Part shown: positions 31,140-41,531 of the stretch, one piece after another | Layout: every line of letters starts with the position of its first letter | Position numbering within the stretch: position 1 is the first letter of the stretch | Assembly (NCBI GenBank): GCA_965198005.1 | Contig: CBDAOI010000004.1 | Coordinates: 2,208,001 to 2,272,000 of the forward strand | Source: Spirochaetia bacterium | GTDB lineage: Bacteria > Spirochaetota > Spirochaetia > SZUA-6 > Bin103 | Direction of reading: 5' to 3' | Length of the DNA: 64,000 nt | Notes under the pieces: model-generated | Database searches by the model: none | Told to the model about the DNA's origin: nothing | Seen by the model: the letters and a program-made list of their open reading frames with translations, nothing else | Program-made: the position numbers and the translations under genes

Positions 31140-31345
31140 CAGACGCAAATTCGCGATGTCGTCACTGCCGCCCTGCGCCACCGGCACGATGTGATCGATC
31201 TGCCGCTGCACGGTCCATAACCGCAGGTCACGCCGGTGAGCGGGTCCTGGTAGCAGCAAGCCCCACCGTCCCTCCGCCACACCGCACATCGCCCCGCCGC
31301 CGGAATGTGCGGCCGCCCGCTGCGTGCGCGCGTGGATTCGGGTGC
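31140..31345 (-). pseudogene. HNH endonuclease C-terminal fragment
   Basis: VWRRDGGAC...QIDHIVPVAQGG...NL; paralog at 59660-59930. Confidence 0.7.
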
Positions 31346-31629
31346 TGGTGGCCGCGCCGCCTTGGGTGCAACGGTGCCCACGGTAATCCCTTCGATGGCA
31401 TCGAAGTGCTCCCGGTAAGGGAATTCCTCACTGCCCTGCGGGATGGTGCGATTCTCGACGAGTAGTAGACGAGTAGCATACGTGCGCTTGCTGAGTCGCC
31501 GCACACTTCGATCTTGATGGCGCTTGAGCGAGATCGCGTGTGGTGTACCGGCGGTGCGTGGCGCGGGTGCGTGCGGGTGCGGTGCGTGCGTGGCTTGACG
31601 CCGCCGGCGAGGACACTTACCGTTGCGCC

Positions 31630-32115
31630 GTGCCGCTCCACTCGCTCGACCCACTCGATCCGAAGGTGACGCAATTCATCCAGGACAACCCCCAAGGGGT
31701 GCTGACCACCTACCGTCGGAACGGCAAGGCGCAGATGAGCATCGTCACCGTCCGTCCGCACCGTGGGGTGATCGGTGTGTCGATTACCGAGAGCCGGGCG
31801 AAGTTCAACAACCTGGTGCACAACCCGGCTTGCTCGATCCTCGTGTCAACCGCCGACTGGTGGTCGGGCTTCATCGTGTTCGATGGCACCGCCGAGCTGG
31901 TCTGGTCGGGCAACGCCGACGCAGAGACCGTGCGGCTCGCCAGACGCGAGGTCTACAGCGCAACTACGCGGCGCCGGTCGGCCGATTGGGATGACTACGA
32001 CCGCCTGGTGGACGCCGCTAGACGGGTGGCGCTGATTATCCGGCCCACCCACGTGTACGGGACGTTCTTCAGCACCAGCTGGCCCGGCAGGCGCATCGCA
32101 CCCGGCGGACAGTAG
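31630..32115 (+). CDS. Pyridoxamine-5'-phosphate oxidase-like (PPOX class) protein
   Basis: GVLTTYRRNG.AQ.S.V and RAKFNNL; GTG 7 nt after a TTGACG-17-TACCGT promoter. Confidence 0.75.
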   Translation: MPLHSLDPLDPKVTQFIQDNPQGVLTTYRRNGKAQMSIVTVRPHRGVIGVSITESRAKFNNLVHNPACSILVSTADWWSGFIVFDGTAELVWSGNADAETVRLARREVYSATTRRRSADWDDYDRLVDAARRVALIIRPTHVYGTFFSTSWPGRRIAPGGQ

Positions 32116-32126
32116 GAGCTGGGGGA

Positions 32127-32387
32127 GTGACAACGAACGTGCATGCGGTCGGCTCACCGCCTCGTGATCGCGCTGAGTTCGAACGACGCCTTGGCACGAT
32201 AGTCGCGCGCTACCGCACCGAATGTCTCTGGGATCTGAAGGCCAGTCTGGATCTTGAGCAAGAGCAGGTCGCACGCATGGTGCTGCGACGGGTCATCTCA
32301 TGCGCTGACCGCAACGGTTACATCGAAGCCAGGGGACTTCTGGAGTGGCTCTTACAGACTTCCAACGCAGCGTCTGCCGGCGTCTAG
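32127..32387 (+). CDS. Small putative antitoxin
   Basis: 86 aa; overlaps the downstream nucleotidyltransferase gene; duplicated. Confidence 0.6.
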   Translation: MTTNVHAVGSPPRDRAEFERRLGTIVARYRTECLWDLKASLDLEQEQVARMVLRRVISCADRNGYIEARGLLEWLLQTSNAASAGV

Positions 32388-33157
32388 CGGACCACCGCAA
32401 ACGTGAGGGAGTAAGCTACATTGCCGGCGCGCTGGCTCTAAACCTGCTCCTCGAGTTGCCGCGCGTCTCCCGAGACATCGACATTTTTCACGACGCCGAG
32501 GAGGCGGTCCACTCGTCGTTCGACGCCGACCGGCAGCATTTACAGGCCAACGGCTGCTCGATCACCATGCTGAGGGAGCTGCCCGGCTTCGTGCAGGTGG
32601 TGGTCAGCAAAGCCGACGACGAGGTGCGTATGGAATGGACCCGCGACAGCGCGTTTCGTTTCTTCCCGCTGGTGGAGCACGAAGACCTGGGCCTGACGAT
32701 GCACCCGTTCGACTTGGCGACCAACAAAGTGCTCGCGCTGGTAGGCCGGCTCGAGGTGCGCGATTGGGTCGATGTGATCAACTCCCACGCCAAGCTGCAG
32801 CCGCTGGGCTACCTCATGTGGGCGGCTTGTGGTAAAGATCCCGGCTTCAGCCCGGGATCGCTGCTCGCGCACGCGCGCCGGACGGGACGCTACTCCGCCT
32901 TGGAACTCGCGCAGTTGCAGTTCGAAGGCGACCCGCCGGACGCCGCCGCGCTGGCCGGCAACTGGCACGCAATGCTGACCCAGGCGGGTGAGATCATAGA
33001 CACGTTACCCGCCGAGCAGTCTGGCAACTGCGTCCTTGATGACCGCAGAAATCTGTTCACGGGTAATCGCACCCAGCTAAAACACGCCCGCGACGCAGCG
33101 GCGCTGCGATTTCATGCCGGCACTCTCGGTGGTGCACTCCCCCAGGTCGTCGAGTAA
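32345..33157 (+). CDS. AbiEii-like nucleotidyltransferase
   Basis: YIAGALAL...RVSRDIDIF and NKVLAL.GR.EVRDWVD. Confidence 0.75.
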   Translation: MALTDFQRSVCRRLADHRKREGVSYIAGALALNLLLELPRVSRDIDIFHDAEEAVHSSFDADRQHLQANGCSITMLRELPGFVQVVVSKADDEVRMEWTRDSAFRFFPLVEHEDLGLTMHPFDLATNKVLALVGRLEVRDWVDVINSHAKLQPLGYLMWAACGKDPGFSPGSLLAHARRTGRYSALELAQLQFEGDPPDAAALAGNWHAMLTQAGEIIDTLPAEQSGNCVLDDRRNLFTGNRTQLKHARDAAALRFHAGTLGGALPQVVE

Positions 33158-33214
33158 TCACGCACCAAGCCCACGCCACTCGCGCCAGTCCGCGCTAGTC
33201 TGGCGCCACCTTGA

Positions 33215-33525
33215 CCACCGGAGGAGTTGCGCGGGGAGTTGCTCGGTCGCATCGCGCAACTGGCGATGATGGCGGCGTACCGGGCGAGTTGGCCGGTGTT
33301 GCAGCGGCTGGTGCCGCTGCTGGCGGAGTTGGCGCAGGTGGGCGGCGACGAAGACCTGCGGCGGATCGTGGTGTACATTGCGACTACGACGCGGGAACGG
33401 GAGCGCTGGCAGGGAGGTGGAGAACTGATGAACAAGACCGAGGAGATGATCGAGATCTACGGCGATATGAGGGAGCGTGAAGGCCGTCAGGAAGGTGAGT
33501 TACGCGGCAAGGTGCAAACCATCGA
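33215..33525 (+). pseudogene. Rpn C-terminal fragment, copy 2
   Basis: Matches 58300-58665 with an internal deletion. Confidence 0.85.
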
Positions 33526-33628
33526 GCGGCTGGTGGGACGCGAACAGGGACTGCACCGAGAACGAGCGGGCACGTGCGTTCCTGGCGGACTGCCGGGCCA
33601 TAACCGGTAGCTGCGTTCGCTGGCCGCG

Positions 33629-35887
33629 GTGGCGGAGCCGGCGCCCTACGGCAGGGGCGAGCAGACGCTGGTGGACAGTTCCGTTCGTGCGTGCCGGCAG
33701 ATCGACGCGGCGCGGGTGCGCGTCACCGGCGGCGCGTGGCGCGACACGCTGGCCCAGGTCGTCGCACAGGCGGCAGCGGGACTCGGCTGCCCTCCCGAGC
33801 ATACTTCCGCGCAACTGTACAAGCTGTTGGTGTACGAGCCGGGCGGGTTCTTCGCTCCGCACCGGGATACCGAGAAGGTGGACGGCATGGTCGCGACGCT
33901 GGTGGTGTCGCTGCCGGTGGCGGGCGCCGGCGGCGAACTGGTCATCCGTCACGGCGAGCGCGAGGCCGTCGTCGACCTGTGCACCACCGAGCCCTCCGAG
34001 CTTGCCTTCGCCGCCTTCTACGCGGATTGCGTCCACGAAATCCGGCCAGTGACCGCCGGCTACCGTATCGTCCTCGTCTACCATCTGGTAGTGCGCGGCG
34101 CGGCTGCCCTCGTGCTCCGGGCGGCGCCCGACTACGCCGCGCAGGAGGACCAGCTTGCGGCCCAACTGCGAAGTTGGGAAGCGGCGTCGGCGGCGGGCGA
34201 CAAGTTGGTCTGGCTGCTTGAGCACCGATACAGCGAAGCGGGTCTGTCGTTCGACGGGCTGAAGAACGCCGACGCGGCGCTCGGACGCGTTTTCGCCCGA
34301 GCAGCGCAGCGGGTGGATCACGCGCTGTACGCGGCCATCCTCAGCATTTACGAGTGGGGCACCGTGGACGAATCGGGCGACTTTCCCGATTGGGACGATC
34401 CCGAGGACTACGACTGGGACGACGAAGATTGGGACGAAGAGCAGATCGTCTCCACCCGCGAGCTGCTGGGATTGGTCGCTCCGGACGGCTCGCGGCCCGA
34501 CTATGGCGCGCTGCCGCTGCTGCCGGGGGAACTGCTTCCGGCCGGGGCGCTGGACGACGTGAAACCGGACCACGAGGACAGCCGGGTGACGGGCAACGAA
34601 GGCGTCGAGCTAGCGCGCAGCTATCGCCGCGCGGCCCTGGTGCTGTGGCCGCGGGGGAGGACCTTGGGGACCGTGGCCCGCGGCGGAATCGAGCGCGCCG
34701 TCGCCTGGTTTGGCGACGATCTGGCGCGGCTGGAACAGGATCCGGGCGAACGATCCGAGCTGTGCGGCCTCGCTGCGCAGCTCATTGACGCTTGGCCGGC
34801 GCCGGACCCCGCTCGGTTCTATCGTCGCCATGACCCGGATGGGGCGCAGCAGGGCTGCCGGGAGGTGTTGCGCCTGCTGCGCCGTCTCGGGGATGAGGCC
34901 ACGACCGGGCGCTTCCTCCGCGAGGTTGCCACCCGGCACTACAGCGGTGGGGAGAATGACGAGTTGCTGGCGACGGCGGCAGTGATCACCCCGGATACCC
35001 TGCAAGCCTGGCTGCCGGAGTTCACGGCGAACAACCTCGCGGACTTCCCGGAGGGCGTTCTCGATCTGCTCTGGCGCCTGTGCCCGCGAGCAGAATCGCC
35101 GGACGGACGGGAGCAGCGCCGGCAACCCGCGCTGGCCGCCGCGGCACGCTCTGTCTGCCGGATGTTGCCGGCGGTGGTCGGCGCGGCACCCGCCACCGAG
35201 CCTGCCGCAGGCTTCCGGCCGACGTCGTCGCGCGTCCAACCGCTGAGCGCGCAGGCGATCCGCGCCCTGTTGGGGCTCATCTGGGACTACGCACCGGCCG
35301 CAGTGGCCGACGAGGCGGTTGCCCTGCTGGTGCAGCAGACGGCAGCGCCGCCGCCGGATCGCGCCTTGCCGCAGGCACTGGCGGAACTGGCGCAACCCGG
35401 CGGCGTCACCGGTGCCGCGTCCGAGCCCGCCGGGTTCGCAACCCTGTGGCGGCACGCGGCAAGCTCTCTGCTGACGCGCACCGCGGCGCCGCCGGAGGAA
35501 CCGCGCGACTGGGTCATCGAGACCCGGCTTGCGTGCGACTGCGCGAATTGCGCACGGCTGCAGGCGTTCTGCGCCGACCCGGAGGCCACCACGGTGCGGT
35601 TCAGGATGCGGCAGGATCTGCGCGCGCACGTCGAGTCGACCATCAGGATTCGGCAACTGGACATCGACTGCGAGACCGAGCGCAAGGGCAGTCCGCACAC
35701 CCTGATCTGCACCAAGAACCGAGCCACCTACGAGCGCCGCTGCGCAGAGTACGCCGAGGACATCGCCAACATGCGGCTCCTGGCAGCCGCGGCCCCACGT
35801 AGTGAAAAGGATGCCCTCGGTCCGGCGGATCTGCGTCGCCTGCGCGCGGCGATTGCGCGCGCAGGCGACGCCGCGAACGGCGGCTGA
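33629..35887 (+). CDS. 2OG-Fe(II) oxygenase-domain protein (N-terminus probably truncated)
   Basis: YKLLVY..GGFF..HRDTEK, FYADC.HE and YR..LVY; C-terminal CxCxxC. Confidence 0.8.
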   Translation: MAEPAPYGRGEQTLVDSSVRACRQIDAARVRVTGGAWRDTLAQVVAQAAAGLGCPPEHTSAQLYKLLVYEPGGFFAPHRDTEKVDGMVATLVVSLPVAGAGGELVIRHGEREAVVDLCTTEPSELAFAAFYADCVHEIRPVTAGYRIVLVYHLVVRGAAALVLRAAPDYAAQEDQLAAQLRSWEAASAAGDKLVWLLEHRYSEAGLSFDGLKNADAALGRVFARAAQRVDHALYAAILSIYEWGTVDESGDFPDWDDPEDYDWDDEDWDEEQIVSTRELLGLVAPDGSRPDYGALPLLPGELLPAGALDDVKPDHEDSRVTGNEGVELARSYRRAALVLWPRGRTLGTVARGGIERAVAWFGDDLARLEQDPGERSELCGLAAQLIDAWPAPDPARFYRRHDPDGAQQGCREVLRLLRRLGDEATTGRFLREVATRHYSGGENDELLATAAVITPDTLQAWLPEFTANNLADFPEGVLDLLWRLCPRAESPDGREQRRQPALAAAARSVCRMLPAVVGAAPATEPAAGFRPTSSRVQPLSAQAIRALLGLIWDYAPAAVADEAVALLVQQTAAPPPDRALPQALAELAQPGGVTGAASEPAGFATLWRHAASSLLTRTAAPPEEPRDWVIETRLACDCANCARLQAFCADPEATTVRFRMRQDLRAHVESTIRIRQLDIDCETERKGSPHTLICTKNRATYERRCAEYAEDIANMRLLAAAAPRSEKDALGPADLRRLRAAIARAGDAANGG

Positions 35888-35894
35888 GGCTGCT

Positions 35895-36155
35895 CTGCTG
35901 ATCCTGGTGACGGTGATGTCGGTGGTCGGCCAAGGAGTACTGCAGATCATCGTGGTGCGGGGGGTGCTGGGCGGCATCGGCGGCTCGCGGGTGGTCCGGG
36001 GCGCGGTGACCGTCACGCGGCCGCGGTCTCGATAGTATGTTGCGATGCGCAGCTGGTGGCTCATCGGATAGATTCCGGTCCTGCGGTACCAGGCGACGGG
36101 CCGTGACCATGGAGAACATCTTCAACCTGCCGGGGCTCGGTCGCCTCTTGGTGAC
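35895..36155 (+). pseudogene. Short permease C and permease B fragments
   Basis: LLILVTVMSVVG..VVRGAV and MENIFNLPGLGRLL. Confidence 0.75.
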
Positions 36156-36241
36156 TGCTGCCATGCCTACCAGTGTAGCATGATACACTCCACCGAAAGG
36201 TGCAGGGCCACCCGCCAGGCGTCGTCAACGAGGGTCGAAAC

Positions 36242-37818
36242 ATGCGTTCGTTCAACACCGCTGGTCCCGTCAAGCCCGACAAGCACTATTGCGTCCCGCC
36301 GCTTGAGCGCATCGACCTGGACGACGTCCTTCGGCTGGTGCGAGACGAGCAGTACTTCGTGCTGCACGCGCCGCGGCAGACCGGCAAGACGTCGGCGCTG
36401 CTGGCGCTGGCCGAGGTGCTGAACGGGCGCGGCTACCGGTGCGTGTACGTTACCGTCGAAACCGCCCGCACCGCGCGCGACGACGTGCAGCGGGCGATGC
36501 GCACGGTGCTCGCCACGCTGGCGTCGCAGGCGCGGGCGACGCTGGATGACGGCTTTCTGGACGACATCTGGCCGGACCTTCTGGCGCGAGTCGGTCCGGA
36601 CTTGGCGCTAGGCGTAGCTCTGGGGCGCTGGGCGCAGGCATCGCCGGGACCGCTGGTGCTGCTGATCGACGAGATCGACACGCTGGTGGGCGATTCGTTG
36701 CTGTCGGTGCTCCAGCAACTCCGCGCCGCTATCCCGGCCGCCCGGAGCGCTTCCCGCACAGCGTGGTGCTGTCCGGCATGCGCGACCTGCGCGACTACCG
36801 CATGGGCGCCGCCGGCAGCCCGTTCAACATCGCCGCGAAGTCGCTGCGGCTGGGCGACTTCTCGCGCGAGCAGACACAAGCGCTGCTGGGCCAGCACACC
36901 GAGCAGACCGGCCAGGCGTTCGCGCCCGAGGCGCTGGAGGCGGTGTGGATGCAGACCCGCGGCCAGCCCTGGCTGGTGAACGCACTGGCGTACGGCGCCT
37001 GCTTCGAGAACAAGACGCTGCGCGAAGACCGTTCCCGCACGGTGACCGCCGACGACGTCGCCGCGGTGCGCGAGGACCTGATCGTGAACCGGGTGACCCA
37101 CCTGGACTACCTGGCGGACAAGCTGCGCGAGGATCGCGTACGGCGGGTGATCGAGCCGATGCTGAGCGGCGCGGAGCGGCACGCCTTCACGGACCGCGAT
37201 GTCGCGTACGTGCGCGACCTGGGGCTGGTGGCCCGCGACGCGCCGTTGCGGGTGGCCAACCCGATCTACGCCGAAGTGCTGCCGCGCGAACTCGCGTGGG
37301 TGGTGCAGGAGACGCTGGAGCTGTCGCCGCCGCGGTACCTGAGAACGGACGGCAGCCTGGACGCGGAGTTGCTGATGGCGGAGTTCCAGAGCTTCTTCCG
37401 CCGCCACTCCGAGCACTGGAGGGACCGCTTCGCCTACGCGGAGGCGTGGCCGCAGTTGCTCCTGCAGGCGTTCTTGCAGCGCGTCGTGAACGGCGGCGGC
37501 CGCATCGAGCGGGAGTACGCGCTGGGCAGCGGGCGGGTGGACCTGCTGATCGTGTGGCCGCTGGCGGACCGGGTGCAGGAGTTGGTGGTGGAGTGCAAGG
37601 TGGTGCGCGACCACGACGGGCTGGAGAGCGTCGTAGACGAGGGCGTGGAGCAGACGGCGCGGTACGTGGACCGCAGCGGGGCAGAGGCGGGGCACCTGGT
37701 CGTGATCGACCAGCGGGAGCACCGGAGCTGGGAGGAGAAGATCTACCGCATCCGGCGCCGCTCCGCGCATCTGCGCCGCGGCGGCGGTGCCGTGCCGGTG
37801 GCAGTGTGGGGGATGTGA
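36242..37818 (+). CDS. AAA ATPase with C-terminal PD-(D/E)XK-like domain, -1 frameshift near 36728
   Basis: FNTAGP, APRQTGKT, LLIDEID and REYALGSGRVDL..ECK. Confidence 0.8.
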
Positions 37819-38084
37819 GCGGACTCGCGGACCGTGATCGCACAGGTAGATCAGGAGATGGGGCCGAAGCGGTGCTCATGGACACATGGACAGATGTTTG
37901 ATCACGGTCTACGGTGGCACCCATGGGCACGTTGAGATTCGGCTGGCATATGCCGAGCGGGCCGAGCGGTTGACAGTTTGCCGCCCGCGTGCCACCGCCA
38001 GCGCTGAAGTGCACGTCCTGGCGGAACGCGCGAGGCGCCGCCGGAAAAAAAGTGAAAAATGATGCAATGAGCGCTAATGAGCGC

Positions 38085-38517
38085 TTGACCGCTCTGGCGG
38101 GGATGTGCGATGGTATCGGGGTTGGGGACTCGAACGGATACGGATGATGCTTGACTACGCACTGCAGCCCTGCCATCGGCCCACGCTACTCGCGCCCGAG
38201 CACCGCCGCCCGGCGTGCCGCTTTGGCCCATCCCGTCCCGTCTACCCCCCCCCCCCGGCGAGATCCAAGCACCTCGTAGGGCCTAGCCGCTCACCGCGGC
38301 GCGTCCACACCTACTGCGCCGCCAGCGGCGGCCTAGCTCCCGTAGACACCCACACCCAGCGCACCACGCCCGCGCGCAGCGGCGGTCGCGGCGCCGTCAG
38401 CCCCACGCCGTGGGGCGACCATCTGCACCATGCGAAACGGCCGGAGTTTCCGGCCACACAACAAACAACACGGGTACCGGGATCCATCCCGAGCCCGAAA
38501 CCGAGGAGGAGTACGCT
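38085..38517 (+). promoter_or_regulatory. Conserved promoter/long leader of the binding-protein operon
   Basis: Homologous to 62790-63187; C-tract at 38245-38256; GAGGAGG RBS. Confidence 0.65.
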
Positions 38518-40290
38518 ATGACTCCAAAACTCATTGGGCTGACGCTGGCGTTCGCGCTGGCGGCTACCGTTACGTTCGCCAGCCCCGCCGGCGAGGACGC
38601 GGGCGCGGCAACCGACCGCGAGATGGTGATGGACCCATCCACCGGCGAGATGATAAGCGCGCCGGAGTACGGCGGCACGTTCACCTATGCACTCAAGGAA
38701 GAGCCGGGGGGCATCGACGCCGTGCTCGCCGGTGGTTGGGGATCCATCATCTACAATCTCGTCGTCGAGAATCTGACGATCCAGGACTGGTCAACGCCAA
38801 GAGACGAGCACGACTTTGCGACGGCCCTCCCGCCGACGCACACCATCGGGCTCCTGGCCGAGAGCTGGTCGCAGCCCGACCCTCTTACCTACGTCCTCAA
38901 CATCCGCCAGGGCGTTCGCTTTCATGACAAGGCACCGGTGAACGGTCGCCTGTTTACCGCCGAGGATGTCGAGTTCAACTTCCACCGGTTGTTTGGCATC
39001 GGCAGCGGCTACACCGAACGCAGCGAGTTTATTAATGCCGGCGAGTACACCGGCGTCGAGCTCGAATCGGTAACCGCCACCGACAGCTCGACGGTGGTGA
39101 TCAAGCTGCCAGCGCCAAACAGCGGTGCTCTTGTGGCGATCATCCAAGGGGGCATGAACATCATGTACGCCCCCGAGGTCATCCGGGCAAAGGGGAACGC
39201 GAGTGATTGGCGGGATCTGGTCGGCACCGGGCCCTATACACTCACCGACTGGACCAAGGGCAGCTCCGTTACCTATGACAAGAATCCCGACTACTGGCGC
39301 TTCGACGAGAAGTTCCCGGAGAACCGGCTCCCCTATTTCGACCAGATACGCGCGCTGGTCATGCCCGAGGTGGCGACGTACGTCTCAGCGCTGCGCAGCG
39401 GTCAGCTCGATTACATAGGTGCAGCAGGTGGCACTACCACGTTGCGGGGTGTCGACCAGTTAGAGAGCCTGCAGCGCACCAACCCTGAGCTGAAGGTCTA
39501 TTCGTTTGCGTTACGGTCGGACCAAGATGTCGGCATGAACATTAAGGTCAAGCCCTTTGACGACATCCGGGTACGCAAGGCGATGCAGATGGCCCTCAAC
39601 CTCGACGAGATCGACCAAGGATACTATAAAGGCTTGGCGGATGCCATCCCCCAGGGGCAGATAAGCCGCTTCAATACTGCCGTCGCGACCCCGTTCGAAG
39701 ATTGGCCGGCAGATGTCAGGAAGGCGTTCGAGTATGACCCAGCCGGTGCCGAGGCGCTGCTCGACGAGGCGGGGTATCCGCGCGGCGCCGACGGCGTCAG
39801 ATTCGAGACCGAGATCGTACACCAACCGCGCTACGATCTGAACTACACCGAGCTCCTGATCAGTTATTGGGACGCCATCGGCGTCAAGGCAGAGGTCGTC
39901 ATTCTGCCACTGGCTGAGCACGTGGCCGCAAGAACAGAGGGAAACTATGAGCTCATCACGGCGGAAGGGGCTTACAAGGGCTCCGCAGCGGCTATTTTGG
40001 GGAAATTCCTCTCGACATCATGGAACACCTCCGAGGTCGACGACGAGTGGTACAGGGCCAAGTTCGAAGAGTACCAAGCCGCGACCACGCTTGACGAACA
40101 AAACGGGGCGCTCCGCGAGCTGGAGATGTACTCGATCGAGCAGTTCTGGCAGCTGGCCGGGGCGGTGGGGCCAGAATTCTCGGTGACCCAGCCGTGGGTC
40201 GCGGGATACAACGGCGAGTCGACTTTGACGAAGTCCGGCCAATATCTGGCTTTCGCGCGCCTGTGGTTCGATAGCAGTCTGAAGCCGTAG
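38518..40290 (+). CDS. ABC family-5 (Opp/Dpp) substrate-binding protein, intact
   Basis: Signal peptide, PEYGG, LAESW, GTGPY and KNPDYW. Confidence 0.92.
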   Translation: MTPKLIGLTLAFALAATVTFASPAGEDAGAATDREMVMDPSTGEMISAPEYGGTFTYALKEEPGGIDAVLAGGWGSIIYNLVVENLTIQDWSTPRDEHDFATALPPTHTIGLLAESWSQPDPLTYVLNIRQGVRFHDKAPVNGRLFTAEDVEFNFHRLFGIGSGYTERSEFINAGEYTGVELESVTATDSSTVVIKLPAPNSGALVAIIQGGMNIMYAPEVIRAKGNASDWRDLVGTGPYTLTDWTKGSSVTYDKNPDYWRFDEKFPENRLPYFDQIRALVMPEVATYVSALRSGQLDYIGAAGGTTTLRGVDQLESLQRTNPELKVYSFALRSDQDVGMNIKVKPFDDIRVRKAMQMALNLDEIDQGYYKGLADAIPQGQISRFNTAVATPFEDWPADVRKAFEYDPAGAEALLDEAGYPRGADGVRFETEIVHQPRYDLNYTELLISYWDAIGVKAEVVILPLAEHVAARTEGNYELITAEGAYKGSAAAILGKFLSTSWNTSEVDDEWYRAKFEEYQAATTLDEQNGALRELEMYSIEQFWQLAGAVGPEFSVTQPWVAGYNGESTLTKSGQYLAFARLWFDSSLKP

Positions 40291-40558
40291 GGCGCGGCGC
40301 GCTTGTAGCTGGGGGGTGGGGCCGCCGCACGGCCGGCGGCCGGCCCTGCTTCCCGGCGCTAGCAGCCCGTGGTGGACCCCGGCGTCGCACCGAGAGCGGC
40401 GAGGCGCTCGGCTGGCAAGGCGCGACGAACGAGCATATCGGGCGTATGTGAGCGAGGAGCAACGCAGCCAGCCGGGGATGCATTCGCCGCTCGAATGCAG
40501 CCGGAGTTGCACCACGGGCTGCTCGGTCCTCCCCCCAGCAAATGATGGAGCGTAGTGC

Positions 40559-41524
40559 ATGAGGGCGTATGCCGTCCGGCGGCTGTTGATGGTCATTCCG
40601 ACCCTGTTCCTCGTCACCGTCCTGGTGTTTCTGTCGGTCCGCTTCCTCCCGGGGGATGTGATCGATGTGATGGAAGCGCGCTTACAAGCCACGCAAGGTG
40701 CGACGGGGGGGATCGACCGCGGCGCCCTCGAGCGCCGGCTCGGATTGGATGTGCCGGTCTACGTCCAGTATGGGCGCTGGGTGGGCGGGATCTTCCTCCG
40801 CGGCACCCTCGGCCCATCACTGACGGGCAGCGACACCGTGGAGCAGAGCATCGCCGAGCGGCTGCCGGTGACCGTTCAGCTCGGCCTGATGGCGATCGTC
40901 ATCGGGCTGGTGATCGCCGTGCCGGTGGGCATCTATTCGGCGATTCGCCAGGATACGGCCGGCGACTACGTGTGGCGGTCGCTGGCCATCCTCGGCCTGG
41001 CGACGCCCAACTTCTGGCTGGCCACCATGGTCATCGTGTTTCCGGCAATCTGGTGGGGGTGGTCGCCACCGCTGGTGCTGGTCTCCTTCGCGGAAGACCC
41101 GCTCGGGAGCCTGGCCGGATTCGCCATTCCCAGCCTGATCCTGGGGACCTATCTGTCCGCGGCCACCATGCGGATGACCCGGACCATGATGCTGGAGGTG
41201 CTCAGGCAGGACTACATCAGGACCGCCTGGTCCAAGGGACTGCTGGAGCGCGCGGTGATCCTGCGCCACGCCGTCAAGAACGCGCTCATCCCGGTGGTGA
41301 GCCTGGTTGCCCTGCAGGTGCCGATCCTGGTGGGCGGCTCGGTGATCATCGAGAACATCTTCAACCTGCCGGGGCTGGGGCGGCTGCTGGTGAATGCGCT
41401 TTCGATCAGAGACTACCCGATCGTGTCGGGCGTCAACCTGGTGTTCGCCATCGTGGTGGTGGCGGTCAATCTGGTCACCGACCTCTCGTACGCGCTGATC
41501 GACCCGCGCGTGCGCTACCGGTAG
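40559..41524 (+). CDS. Dpp/Opp permease B
   Basis: RLPVT.QL, QDYIRTAWSKG and DPRVRY. Confidence 0.93.
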   Translation: MRAYAVRRLLMVIPTLFLVTVLVFLSVRFLPGDVIDVMEARLQATQGATGGIDRGALERRLGLDVPVYVQYGRWVGGIFLRGTLGPSLTGSDTVEQSIAERLPVTVQLGLMAIVIGLVIAVPVGIYSAIRQDTAGDYVWRSLAILGLATPNFWLATMVIVFPAIWWGWSPPLVLVSFAEDPLGSLAGFAIPSLILGTYLSAATMRMTRTMMLEVLRQDYIRTAWSKGLLERAVILRHAVKNALIPVVSLVALQVPILVGGSVIIENIFNLPGLGRLLVNALSIRDYPIVSGVNLVFAIVVVAVNLVTDLSYALIDPRVRYR

Positions 41525-41531
41525 GGCACCG

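Larger units (their letters stand above)
31392..33157 (+). repeat. Direct repeat (~1.75 kb) of 50600-52345
   Basis: AAA 3' tail + PPOX gene + TA pair, with scattered SNPs. Confidence 0.92.

Noticed and set aside
38245-38256. Phase variation inferred from C12 versus C15 (62915-62929)
   Set aside because: C12+GGCG and C15+G have equal length, so the difference is substitution, not slippage
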